A stretch of 64,000 bases of DNA from Bacillota bacterium (GTDB lineage: Bacteria; Bacillota; Clostridia; Ch29): contig JABVCK010000009.1 of the NCBI GenBank assembly GCA_013540605.1, positions 100,341 to 164,340 of the forward strand. The letters run 5' to 3'. Position 1 is the first letter of the stretch; each line of letters begins with the position of its first letter. Of this stretch, positions 19,022 to 28,430 are shown in pieces. The position numbers were made by a program, and so were the translations under genes. Under the pieces are notes generated by a model that was not told the origin of the DNA, made no database searches, and saw only the letters and a list, made by a program, of their open reading frames with translations.

Positions 19022-19681
19022 ATGAAAGCTACAAAAGAATTTGTAGATGCCTTTATGAAACTGTCAACCCCCACGGTATCTGACGCTATGGACAAGTTGG
19101 GAATTAGGGGCGGCTGTGAAGGGCTCATGCCGATAGTGGTTGGCAAAAAATTTGTTGGTCCGGCATTTACGGTGAAATTTATTCCGGTCGGCACCGTAAA
19201 AACAAAAGCAGGCGACTTTATTGACGAAGCCAAGGAAGGTGATGTCATTGTAATTGATAATGCCGGACGTACCTGGTGTACCGTATGGGGAGATATTCTT
19301 ACCTATGTTGCTGTTAAAAAAAGGATAGCCGGTACTGTCATTGATGGTGTCTGCCGCGACGTAGATGGCATTCGGGAACTGGATTATCCAATGTATACTA
19401 AAGGACATTTTATGGTAACCGGCAAGGATAGGGTTATGATGGAGTCGATGAATGAGCCGGTGTCCATCTGCGATGTGCAAGTTAAGCCAGGGGACCTCGT
19501 AATGGCTGATCAGTCTGGTGTTCTTATCATTCCTATTGATAAGGCGGAGGAAATTCTTCAAACAGCGGTTATGATAAATGAAACTGAGGAGAAGATTATT
19601 GAAGAGATTAAGAACGGTTCCACTCTGGTTGCAGCGAGGAAGAAGCTAAAATATGATACTTTACAGAGGCCCGGAGAATAA
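19022..19681 (+). CDS. RraA-family protein, paralog 4
   Basis: 219 aa. SDAMDKLGI, VIDNAGR and VIDGVCRDV motifs. Confidence 0.75.
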   Translation: MKATKEFVDAFMKLSTPTVSDAMDKLGIRGGCEGLMPIVVGKKFVGPAFTVKFIPVGTVKTKAGDFIDEAKEGDVIVIDNAGRTWCTVWGDILTYVAVKKRIAGTVIDGVCRDVDGIRELDYPMYTKGHFMVTGKDRVMMESMNEPVSICDVQVKPGDLVMADQSGVLIIPIDKAEEILQTAVMINETEEKIIEEIKNGSTLVAARKKLKYDTLQRPGE

Positions 19682-19683
19682 CT

Positions 19684-20718
19684 ATGAAAAACTATTCTAT
19701 TGCACTACTTCCCGGAGATGGAGTAGGTCCGGAAGTTATCGATGGCGCTAAGCAGGTCCTTGAAGCGGTAGAGAAAAAGTACCAGGTAAAGTTCAATTTC
19801 GAAGAATACCTAATAGGGAAAAAGGCCCTTGACGAAAAAGGTGACCAACTGCCGCTTGATACCCTTAACGGTATCAAGAATGCTGACGCGGCACTTATGG
19901 CAACACCGGCAGTCGCCGAACTACCCCCTCCAAGTGTAGTTGGAAGATTGCGCCGTGAGTTAAATCTATACGCCGATGTGCGCATGGTAAAGTCCTTTGA
20001 TGGTACATGGTCATTAAAACCGGGTATAGATATAGTATTCATACGGGAATGTACAGAGGGCTTTCTTGCTGATAGAAACCTTTACCGTGGGTTTGGTGAA
20101 TTTATGCCGACCGAAGATTGTGTTATGTCACTACGGGTACTGACAGGCGAAGCCTGTCGTAGGATAGCAAAATTTGCGTTTGACTATGCTGCCGCAACCG
20201 GCAGGAAAACCTTAACCGTAGCACACAAAGCGAATGTGTTGAGATGGGGCTGTGGTTTCTTCCTTGAAAAGGTCCGCGAGGTTTCAAAAAAATATCCGGC
20301 AGTTACACTTAAAGAGGAATCCGTAGATAGCCTTGCAAACCATCTAATCACGGATCCGCTTCAATACGACATTATACTTACCACTAATATGTTTGGCGAT
20401 ATATTATCCGACGAGGGAGCGGCACTTGTTTCGAATTTGGTATCGACTGCAAATATCGGCGAATTTGCCTCCGTATACGCACCAGTAGACCACAACCCCA
20501 GATGGCACGAGGCAGGCAAAGATATAACAAATCCTCTGCCTCTCATTCTATGTACCGGTATGATGCTCATGCATCTGGGTATGCATAAGGCATGTGCAGA
20601 TATAGAACGCGCAGTAAGTGCAGTTCTAAAGTGCAATATCAAGACGATGGATATGAACGGTAATAGTAGCACTTCGGAAGTTATTAAAAGCGTTTGTGAG
20701 AGATTCAAACACATATAA
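19684..20718 (+). CDS. Isocitrate/isopropylmalate/tartrate dehydrogenase-family NAD(P)-dependent beta-hydroxyacid oxidative decarboxylase
   Basis: 344 aa. N-terminal LLPGDGVGPEV typical of the LeuB/ICDH family. Internal NMFGDILSD motif. Confidence 0.75.
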   Translation: MKNYSIALLPGDGVGPEVIDGAKQVLEAVEKKYQVKFNFEEYLIGKKALDEKGDQLPLDTLNGIKNADAALMATPAVAELPPPSVVGRLRRELNLYADVRMVKSFDGTWSLKPGIDIVFIRECTEGFLADRNLYRGFGEFMPTEDCVMSLRVLTGEACRRIAKFAFDYAAATGRKTLTVAHKANVLRWGCGFFLEKVREVSKKYPAVTLKEESVDSLANHLITDPLQYDIILTTNMFGDILSDEGAALVSNLVSTANIGEFASVYAPVDHNPRWHEAGKDITNPLPLILCTGMMLMHLGMHKACADIERAVSAVLKCNIKTMDMNGNSSTSEVIKSVCERFKHI

Positions 20719-20814
20719 GCGAGATCAATGCCCGGCGGGACATGATGTTTTGCCGGGCAAAATGCATGATTTGCGGTGAGAATAGGAGTATAATATAAAA
20801 TAAACAATGAAACA

Positions 20815-21684
20815 ATGAAAGGAAGGGTTCAGACGGTGAAAAAGAAGAATGTCCTTGATTTTAGAAGGATGAAAAAGGAAGGGGAACAGGTGGCATGGGT
20901 GACGGCTTATGATTTCCCTATGGCATCTTTTGCCGAACAGGCGGGCATGGATATGATACTGGTCGGGGATTCTCTGGGCATGGTGGTTCTGGGCTATGAC
21001 AGCACCATCCCTGTAACAATGGAAGATTGTATTTCCCATTGCCAGGCAGTCAGGAGGGGTGCTCCCAATACCTGGGTTATAGGTGATATGCCATTCATGT
21101 CATACCAAAAGACGGATGAGCAGGCAGTTGAGAATGCAGGCCGTTTCCTCAAAGAGGCTGGCATGGACTGCGTAAAACTGGAAGGCGGCAGAAGGGTTGC
21201 CAGCCGCATAAAGGCGATAACCGATGCCGGTATTCTTGTTATGGGGCACATCGGGCTGACACCTCAAAGTTCAGGGCAACTGGGAGGATTTAAGGCGCAG
21301 GGCAGGGACGTGTCAAGTGCAAGGGAACTTATTAAAGATGCCTTAGCGGTTCAGGAGGCAGGGGCCTTCGCTATACTTCTGGAGGCAGTACCGCCCGAGT
21401 TGACGGCATTTATTGCGAAAAGGCTGGAGATTCCCGTTTACTCAATAGGCGCCGGTCCCTGTGATGGTCAGCTGCTTATTTGCGGGGATATGTTAGGGTT
21501 GTTCCAGGCCTTCACTCCAAAGTTTGTGAAGAAGTATGCCAATGTGGCGGAAATTGAGATAGACGCCTTCAGGCAGTACATAAAAGAAGTTAAAAGCGGA
21601 GAATTCCCGTCGGATGACCATGTTTACCACATTATAGACAGCATAGAACAGTTTAATGATTTGTTCAAGGAGTTTGAAAAATAA
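20815..21684 (+). CDS. panB: 3-methyl-2-oxobutanoate hydroxymethyltransferase (ketopantoate hydroxymethyltransferase)
   Basis: 289 aa. VTAYD, ILVGDSLGMVVLGY and GHIGLTPQS motifs. Confidence 0.85.
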   Translation: MKGRVQTVKKKNVLDFRRMKKEGEQVAWVTAYDFPMASFAEQAGMDMILVGDSLGMVVLGYDSTIPVTMEDCISHCQAVRRGAPNTWVIGDMPFMSYQKTDEQAVENAGRFLKEAGMDCVKLEGGRRVASRIKAITDAGILVMGHIGLTPQSSGQLGGFKAQGRDVSSARELIKDALAVQEAGAFAILLEAVPPELTAFIAKRLEIPVYSIGAGPCDGQLLICGDMLGLFQAFTPKFVKKYANVAEIEIDAFRQYIKEVKSGEFPSDDHVYHIIDSIEQFNDLFKEFEK

Positions 21685-21737
21685 AGTTAGTAATAGAATA
21701 TAGACAGACCGGTACATATCTAGTATAATTATTTATG

Positions 21738-21832
21738 AAAGAGCTCCGAGCCTTGGCTTCTAAGGGCAACTATGAAGCCGGGCCGATAGGGCATAAGGGG
21801 AAACCGTTGTGCCTCCCATGTTGGAAAGGAGT
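21738..21832 (+). promoter_or_regulatory. Candidate Moco/Wco riboswitch aptamer in the leader of the tungstate-transporter/moe/moa gene set
   Basis: A structured ~95-nt leader downstream of a TATAAT box (21724). It contains CUCCGAGCC, AUAGGGCAUAAGGGGAAAC, GCCUCCC and GGAAAGGAG segments, followed by an intrinsic terminator. The genomic context (tupABC, moeA, moaA, moaC) is classic for Moco RNA motifs. The motif identification is from memory and was not searched. Confidence 0.4.
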
Positions 21833-21849
21833 TATAAACAGCTGATTTT

Positions 21850-21890
21850 ATAGCGGTTTCCATCATGGATGGAACCGCTATATTTATTTC
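21850..21890 (+). terminator. Intrinsic terminator/attenuator hairpin (ATAGCGGTTTCCATC-atg-GATGGAACCGCTAT) with a U-rich tail, immediately after the riboswitch-like leader
   Basis: 14-15-bp stem with one bulge, followed by ATTTATTTC. Confidence 0.6.
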
Positions 21891-21920
21891 TGTACCTCCT
21901 TTCCCCAGTAAAATCTTATT

Positions 21921-21967
21921 GGGGACATTCCGCGGCAAGGAATACCCGCCCTCAGCGGTGTGTCCCC
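21921..21967. repeat. Single copy of the GGGGACATTCCGCGGCAAGGAATACCCGC...GCGGTGTGTCCCC hairpin repeat in the tupA 5' UTR
   Basis: Same ends and outer stem as the 57-bp tandem unit at 11252. It ends 23 nt before the tupA ATG. Confidence 0.85.
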
Positions 21968-21990
21968 AAACATTAATTGGGGGTATTGAA

Positions 21991-22845
21991 ATGAAAAAAG
22001 TTCTATCCGTAGTGCTGCTGGTGGCTCTGGTTTTAACGCTGGTCTCGTGTGCAAAGCAGAATTTAGCGCCTGAACAGCCGGCTCAGGAAGAGCCGTTGGA
22101 GCCTATAACCCTGGCAACCACGACGAGTACCGAGAACTCCGGGCTGCTGGCGTACATACTTCCCGATTTTGAGGCTAAGTACAACACCCAAGTAAAGGTT
22201 GTAGCTGTGGGTACCGGTCAGGCCATGGAGATGGGCAAGAACGGCGATGCGGATGTGCTGCTCGTGCACGCCAAGGAATCCGAACTCCAATTTGTAGCTG
22301 AGGGCTATGGCGTTGACAGGCACGAGGTCATGTACAACGATTTTATTATAGTCGGGCCTCCCGAAGATCCCGCAGGGCTGAAGGCTGGAGCGGGGTCCGA
22401 CGCGGTGGAGGCCTTGAAATTGATCGCCGGTAAGCAGGTTCCCTTTACTTCAAGGGGAGATAACTCCGGGACCCACCAGAAGGAAACAGCTCTGTGGAAA
22501 GAAGCGGGTATTGAGCCGGCAGGCGACTGGTACAAATCGGTTGGTAAGGGTATGGGTCCGTCTTTGACCTTTGCCAGCGAAGAAAAGGCATATATACTCA
22601 CCGACAGGGCTACGTATCTTTCGATGAAGGACAGCCTTGATCTGGCCGTTCTGGTGGAGGGAGACGAACTGCTCTTCAACCAGTACGGAGTTATTAAGGT
22701 TAATCCTGAAAAGCACCCGGGAATAAACAAAAGGGGTGCGGATAAGTTTGTAGAATGGATACTATCGGAGGAAGTACAGGCGAAGATAGCTGAATTCGGC
22801 AAGGACAAGTTCGGCCAGAGCCTGTTCATACCGAATGGTAAATAG
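21991..22845 (+). CDS. tupA: Tungstate ABC transporter substrate-binding protein
   Basis: Signal peptide with lipobox (LVSCAK). TTTSTENSGLL and SRGDNSGTHQKE motifs are characteristic of TupA. Confidence 0.75.
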   Translation: MKKVLSVVLLVALVLTLVSCAKQNLAPEQPAQEEPLEPITLATTTSTENSGLLAYILPDFEAKYNTQVKVVAVGTGQAMEMGKNGDADVLLVHAKESELQFVAEGYGVDRHEVMYNDFIIVGPPEDPAGLKAGAGSDAVEALKLIAGKQVPFTSRGDNSGTHQKETALWKEAGIEPAGDWYKSVGKGMGPSLTFASEEKAYILTDRATYLSMKDSLDLAVLVEGDELLFNQYGVIKVNPEKHPGINKRGADKFVEWILSEEVQAKIAEFGKDKFGQSLFIPNGK

Positions 22846-22856
22846 GAAGGATTCCA

Positions 22857-23543
22857 ATGGATAATATTACAAACGGATTTTTCGGAGCTCTGGAATTAAT
22901 CTTATCCGGCAACAGAGAGGTCTATGGAATAATAGGCCTCTCCCTTGTTGTATCTTTTGTGTCTGTCATAATATCCATGTTTTTCTCCGTACCTCTGGGG
23001 ATAGTTATAGGGATGAACAGGTTTCCCTTTAGAAAAGCTGTAATAATGATAATTAATACACTGATGGGTCTTCCTCCGGTTATAGCCGGCCTTGTGGTCT
23101 ACCTGTTACTTTCCAGGAGCGGTCCCCTTGGATATCTTAGGATGCTCCATACGCCGCAGGCCATGGTTATAGCCCAGGTCCTGTTGGTTTCGCCTATAAT
23201 CATCGGAGTCACGCTGGCCGGAGTTAAGGATAGGGGGAATCTAATTCAAAAAACCGCCTTTACATTGGGGGCAAACAGGTGTCAGGCCCTCTGGACCATA
23301 ATAAAGGAATGCAGGACGTCAATAGGGGCTTCGCTCGTGGCGGGCTACGGACGGGCAATATCAGAGGTTGGCGCTGTTATGCTGGTTGGAGGAAACATAA
23401 AGGGACATACCCGGGTTATGACAACCGCCATCGTTCTTGAGACAAACATGGGGAACTTTGACCAGGCTATAGCGATCGGCATAGTACTGCTCGTCTTGTT
23501 CTTTATATTAAATATACTTTTGCAGAAGTATCAGGGGGCATAG
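22857..23543 (+). CDS. tupB: Tungstate/molybdate-type ABC transporter permease
   Basis: 228-aa membrane protein with an ABC permease EAA-like loop. Confidence 0.7.
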   Translation: MDNITNGFFGALELILSGNREVYGIIGLSLVVSFVSVIISMFFSVPLGIVIGMNRFPFRKAVIMIINTLMGLPPVIAGLVVYLLLSRSGPLGYLRMLHTPQAMVIAQVLLVSPIIIGVTLAGVKDRGNLIQKTAFTLGANRCQALWTIIKECRTSIGASLVAGYGRAISEVGAVMLVGGNIKGHTRVMTTAIVLETNMGNFDQAIAIGIVLLVLFFILNILLQKYQGA

Positions 23544-23545
23544 AA

Positions 23546-24259
23546 TTGAAAGTACAGATATCCGGCCTATGCAAGAAATATGACGGAAAACCGGTGTTGA
23601 ATATTGATAACCTTACCTTTGAACAGGGAAGAATCCATGTAATAATAGGGCCGAACGGGTCAGGCAAATCTACACTGGTAAATATAATTTCGGGTCTGGA
23701 GAAAGCCGACCACGGCACAGTGGCATACGGCAGCAATCAAAAAAGGTTTGAAGAGGTTAGGGGAAGTATAACGCTGGTCATGCAGCATCCATACCTGTTC
23801 AACACCACGGTGTTTTCAAATATCGCCTATGGCCTCCGGTGCAGGGGAGCCGATAAAAAACAGACGGAGCTGCTGGTCAAAGAAGCGGCAGAAAAGGTTA
23901 ACCTGTCTGCTTTCCTTACGAGAAAGGCTGCGACCCTGTCGGGCGGTGAAATGCAGAGGGTAGCCCTGGCAAGGGCGCTGGTGCTGAAGCCTGAGCTTCT
24001 GCTTTTGGATGAGGCCACCGCGAACCTTGATCCGGAAAGCATCGGCATTATTGAAAGGGTGATTCGCGATTTCCAGACCGCTACGGGAGCAACTGTGGTG
24101 TTTATCACCCATAATATATTCCAGGCGAGGAGGATTGCCGAGCGGGTATACCTGATGATGGGCGGTAGAATAATAGAGGAAGGGAGCAAGGAAAAGACCT
24201 TCGGGAACCCTGAATCAAGGATAACCAGGGAGTTTCTGAGGGGAGAGCTGATATTTTGA
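23546..24259 (+). CDS. tupC: Tungstate/molybdate-type ABC transporter ATP-binding protein
   Basis: Walker A (GPNGSGKST), LSGGEMQRV signature and Walker B. Probable TTG start at 23546 with an AGGGGG RBS. Confidence 0.7.
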   Translation: MKVQISGLCKKYDGKPVLNIDNLTFEQGRIHVIIGPNGSGKSTLVNIISGLEKADHGTVAYGSNQKRFEEVRGSITLVMQHPYLFNTTVFSNIAYGLRCRGADKKQTELLVKEAAEKVNLSAFLTRKAATLSGGEMQRVALARALVLKPELLLLDEATANLDPESIGIIERVIRDFQTATGATVVFITHNIFQARRIAERVYLMMGGRIIEEGSKEKTFGNPESRITREFLRGELIF

Positions 24260-24277
24260 CAGCCGGGAGGTTTAGGT

Positions 24278-25504
24278 ATGCTGCTGAAGGTAAAGGATGT
24301 GGAGGAAGTTCTTGCTTTGATAAATAAAGAATTTGCTTTTCGCGGCAAGGATATGGAGGAAGTAGCCCTTGTGGATGCTGTTGGCAGGGTACTTGCCGAG
24401 GATATTGTGTCGGAGTATGATATACCGGATTTCAATAAATCCGTTGTGGATGGCTATGCTGTTAAAGCGCATGAAACCTTTGGATCCAGTGAATCTCTGC
24501 CTGCTTTTCTGCTGCTGGCGGGGGAGGTTAAGATTGGGTCAAGGGCGGAAATACCGTTAAAGCCCGGAGAGTGCGTCTATGTTCCAACCGGAGGCATGAT
24601 CCCCGAGGGAAGCGATGCGGTAGTCATGGTAGAGAATACCGAGGACCTGGGCGGTGACAGTATAGCCATATACAAACCGGTGAGTCCATGGGAAAACACG
24701 ATTAAGGCAGGGGAAGATGTCCATAGAGGGCGGCAGGTGTGCAGAAAAGGCACCGAAATCGGACCGCATCATGTGGGCGTATTGAGCAGTATAGGGATGA
24801 CCCGGGTGAAAGTCGTTCCAAAGCCGAGGGTGTCAATAATCTCAACCGGGGATGAAATCGTAGAACCGGGCAGAGCCCTTGAATTTGGACAGATTTGGGA
24901 CATCAACAGCTATTCGCTCTCTGCGGCGGTTAGTAAAGACGGCGGGTGTCCGGTGCTGCAGGGAATCGTCGGTGATGACAGGGACGAGATCAAAAAAAGG
25001 CTGCTTGATGCACTGGCTACAAGCGATATGGTCCTTGTTTCAGGGGGGAGTTCGGCGGGATTCAGGGATTACACCGCAGGTATTATTAACGAAATAGGCG
25101 ATCCGGGGGTACTCGTTCATGGGATATCGATAAAACCCGGTAAACCGACCATAATAGGAAAGGTAATGGGAAAACCCGTTGTGGGAATGCCAGGACAACC
25201 CGTTTCATCATTGATCGTATACCGCGTTATAGTTTCACCCCTGGTCAAGCGTTTGGGAGGCCTCCCGGAGACCCGGGGGAGTATTATTAAAGCCCGGTTC
25301 CGGGAGAATTATGCTTCCTCACCGGGAAGGGAGGAGTACCTGATGGTAAGCGCAGAGGAAAGCGGTGACGGATGGGTTGCGTATCCTGTCTACGGGAAAT
25401 CTGGAATGATAACAACTATTTCTGCAGCCACGGGGATGATTAAGATACCCAAGAACAAGGAAGGGCTGTACAGAGACGAGATGGTTGAGATTATCCTTCT
25501 TTAG
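24278..25504 (+). CDS. moeA: Molybdopterin molybdenum/tungsten transferase
   Basis: 408 aa with MoeA N, MoCF-biosynthesis and C domains (GGVSMG-like SGGSSAG motif). Confidence 0.8.
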   Translation: MLLKVKDVEEVLALINKEFAFRGKDMEEVALVDAVGRVLAEDIVSEYDIPDFNKSVVDGYAVKAHETFGSSESLPAFLLLAGEVKIGSRAEIPLKPGECVYVPTGGMIPEGSDAVVMVENTEDLGGDSIAIYKPVSPWENTIKAGEDVHRGRQVCRKGTEIGPHHVGVLSSIGMTRVKVVPKPRVSIISTGDEIVEPGRALEFGQIWDINSYSLSAAVSKDGGCPVLQGIVGDDRDEIKKRLLDALATSDMVLVSGGSSAGFRDYTAGIINEIGDPGVLVHGISIKPGKPTIIGKVMGKPVVGMPGQPVSSLIVYRVIVSPLVKRLGGLPETRGSIIKARFRENYASSPGREEYLMVSAEESGDGWVAYPVYGKSGMITTISAATGMIKIPKNKEGLYRDEMVEIILL

Positions 25505-25517
25505 GGAGGCACACGGA

Positions 25518-27437
25518 ATGAAACAGAGAAATGTATATCTTTCCAGCAAGGAACTGGAGTACGCTTTACAGGAATATCTAGGCTGCCTTAAGGACTATTT
25601 TGATGAAGATGCTACAGAGGAGATAGAAACCCAGGAAGCTCTCGGACGTATTACCGGTGAGCCGGTTTTCGCCAGAGTTTCATCACCGAACTTCAATGCT
25701 TCTGCGATGGATGGTATTGCCCTAACGGCGGAAAAGACCTTTGGCGCAAGCGAGAGGAACAGGATAAGGCTCAGGGAGGGTTTGGACTATATAGTTGTAG
25801 ACACCGGAGATCCAATACCTCCAGCCTATAATGCGGTGATAATGGTCGAAGACCTGATAGAGACAGGTGAAGGAGAGGTCGAGATTGCTTCAGGGGCTAC
25901 TCCCTGGCAGAATATAAGGCCGATCGGCGAAGATATAGTCCAGGGAGAATTGATAGTCCCTGCGTACCATAGAGTACGGCCGGTTGATATCGGAGCTATG
26001 CTTGCGGGAGGAGTAAATACAATAAAGGTCGTAGCAAAGCCGAGGATAGCCATAATACCTACAGGTACAGAACTGGTAGTTCCCGGACAGCCCCTTGAGG
26101 AAGGCAGTATTATCGAATTTAATTCCCATATATTCGGGGGCCTCATCACGGAATGGGGCGGAATAGCTGAAAGAATGATGCCGATTCCCGACGATTATGA
26201 GAGGATTAGAGCGTCGATTAAAGAGTGCTGTGAAAGGTATGATATGGTCCTGATTAATGCAGGTTCCTCTGCAGGCAGAGAGGACTTTACAAGGGGCATA
26301 ATCCAGGACCTCGGAGAGGTCATAACCCATGGCCTTGCAATCAAGCCGGGGAAGCCGGCAGTACTGGGAAAAGTGTACGGCAAGCCGGTGGTTGGAATAC
26401 CCGGTTATCCGGTTTCAGCTTTCATAGTTATGGAGAATATCGTTAAGCCCATTGTGCAGCGGAAGCTGCGCACTGCTGAACAGCCGCAGACGGAAGTGGA
26501 GGCAATATGCTCACGGAGGATTGTGTCCTCGCTGAAAAACAAAGAGTTTGTCAGAATGAAACTGGGCAAGGTGGACGACAAACTGATTGCGACACCGCTG
26601 ACCCGCGGAGCAGGCGTGGTGATGTCGCTGGTCCGGGCGGATGGTATACTTGAGCTTCCTCAGAACAGCGAAGGTATTGAGGCCGGTGAGAAGGTCCGGA
26701 TCAGGCTTGCAAGGGATTTGACGGCCATCGAGAATACCATAGTATGTATAGGCAGCCACGACCCCCTGCTTGATATTCTGGGGAACGAACTCCACGTCTT
26801 TAAACCGGGGCTTTACTTTGCTTCCGCCCACGTAGGCAGCATGGGAGGCCTTATGGCATTGAAAAAAGGTGAAGCCCATGTGGCGGGAACTCACCTGCTG
26901 GATGAAGAGACCGGGGAGTACAACACTTCCTACATCAAAAGGATTTTCAGCAGGGATGAGGTTGCCCTGATAAAGGTGGTAGGACGGATACAGGGCTTGA
27001 TAGTAAAAAAAGGCAATCCAAAAAACATAACAGGCTTCCGGGATTTGGAGAGGAAGGATGTAAGCTTTGTAAACAGGCAGAGAGGTTCAGGCACACGGAT
27101 GCTTTTGGATTATAAGCTGAAAGAGGAAGGGATAAAGCCGGAAACGATAAACGGATACGGCAGGGAGGAATATACGCATATGGCCGTAGCTGCGGCTGTT
27201 GCCTTTTCCGGTATAGATGCGGGGCTGGGAATATATTCATCGGCGATTTCCCTTGACCTGGATTTTATTCCTCTGTATCATGAAGAGTACGATTTGGCGG
27301 TCCCGGTCAGGTTTCTGGAAAAGGATTATATAAAAACGTTCATAGATATTTTGAGAGATAAAAAATTCAGACAAAAGATAGAGAGCATGGGAGGATACGA
27401 AACCGGAAGGATGGGTGAAATAGTCTTTATAGGTTAA
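25518..27437 (+). CDS. MoeA-family molybdopterin transferase fused to a C-terminal periplasmic-binding-protein-like (PBP_like, molybdate/tungstate-binding type) domain
   Basis: 639 aa. The MoeA core (INAGSSAGREDF) is followed by a ~230-aa PBP-like domain. The ATG at 25518 has a GGGAGG RBS. Confidence 0.7.
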   Translation: MKQRNVYLSSKELEYALQEYLGCLKDYFDEDATEEIETQEALGRITGEPVFARVSSPNFNASAMDGIALTAEKTFGASERNRIRLREGLDYIVVDTGDPIPPAYNAVIMVEDLIETGEGEVEIASGATPWQNIRPIGEDIVQGELIVPAYHRVRPVDIGAMLAGGVNTIKVVAKPRIAIIPTGTELVVPGQPLEEGSIIEFNSHIFGGLITEWGGIAERMMPIPDDYERIRASIKECCERYDMVLINAGSSAGREDFTRGIIQDLGEVITHGLAIKPGKPAVLGKVYGKPVVGIPGYPVSAFIVMENIVKPIVQRKLRTAEQPQTEVEAICSRRIVSSLKNKEFVRMKLGKVDDKLIATPLTRGAGVVMSLVRADGILELPQNSEGIEAGEKVRIRLARDLTAIENTIVCIGSHDPLLDILGNELHVFKPGLYFASAHVGSMGGLMALKKGEAHVAGTHLLDEETGEYNTSYIKRIFSRDEVALIKVVGRIQGLIVKKGNPKNITGFRDLERKDVSFVNRQRGSGTRMLLDYKLKEEGIKPETINGYGREEYTHMAVAAAVAFSGIDAGLGIYSSAISLDLDFIPLYHEEYDLAVPVRFLEKDYIKTFIDILRDKKFRQKIESMGGYETGRMGEIVFIG

Positions 27438-27451
27438 CAGGGGGTGATCTG

Positions 27452-28417
27452 ATGCGTGATAAATTCAACCGAGGCATTGATTATATGAGGGTTTCGGTTA
27501 CCGACCTTTGCAACCTTAGGTGCTTTTACTGCATGCCCGAAGACGGGGTGTGCAAAAGAGGTCATGGGGATGTTTTGAGGTATGAAGAAATTGTCCAAAT
27601 AGTAGAAGAGGGTGCAAAAATAGGAATAAACAAGATAAGGATAACCGGCGGAGAACCTCTGGTAAGGCCCGGTATAGAGGAACTTGTCGCCAGGATAAGT
27701 GAAATTGAAGGAATAAAGGAAGTATCCATGACAACTAACGGCATCCTGCTGGACGGCAAGGTGAAGGAACTTAAAAGGGCAGGGCTGAACAGAATCAATA
27801 TAAGCATGGACTCCCTCAACCCGGGCAAGTATAGGAGGATTACCAGGGGTGGCAGCCTGGAAAGGGTCTTCAGGGCAGTAAACACCTGCCTGGAAGAGGG
27901 TATTAAGCCCGTCAAAACAAACACCGTTATCCTTAAGGGCATAAACGACGATGAGATAGAGGACTTTGCCCGTTTAACCACTGTACTGCCGATACATGTC
28001 AGGTTCATTGAACTGATGCCCGTTGGTGAGGCAGCAGAGGTTTATGATAAATACTACATGTCCGTTGACGAGGTTATGGCGAAACTGCCCGGACTTGTAC
28101 CCGCTGTTCAGGGCATGGGCAACGGCCCGGCTGAGTGTTACGCATATAAAGGAGCCCTGGGAACAGTTGGTTTTATTGCGGCACTGAGCCATAATTTCTG
28201 CCGAAACTGCAACAGGATAAGGCTTACCGCCGACGGCAAGATTAAACCCTGTCTGAACAGCAATGTGGAAGTGGACCTAAAACCTGCCATTCGGGAAGGA
28301 AAGGGCAGTGTTGCGGAATTGTTCGGAGCAGCGATCGGGCAAAAACCCGAGAAGCATCACATGGAAGAGATGCAGGACGCCGGCGGGAACAGGCGAATGT
28401 ACCAAATCGGAGGGTGA
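27452..28417 (+). CDS. moaA: GTP 3',8-cyclase (radical SAM)
   Basis: CNLRCFYC radical-SAM motif and C-terminal FCRNCNRIRLTADGKIKPCL motif. Confidence 0.85.
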   Translation: MRDKFNRGIDYMRVSVTDLCNLRCFYCMPEDGVCKRGHGDVLRYEEIVQIVEEGAKIGINKIRITGGEPLVRPGIEELVARISEIEGIKEVSMTTNGILLDGKVKELKRAGLNRINISMDSLNPGKYRRITRGGSLERVFRAVNTCLEEGIKPVKTNTVILKGINDDEIEDFARLTTVLPIHVRFIELMPVGEAAEVYDKYYMSVDEVMAKLPGLVPAVQGMGNGPAECYAYKGALGTVGFIAALSHNFCRNCNRIRLTADGKIKPCLNSNVEVDLKPAIREGKGSVAELFGAAIGQKPEKHHMEEMQDAGGNRRMYQIGG

Positions 28418-28430
28418 TTTTATGAGCAGT

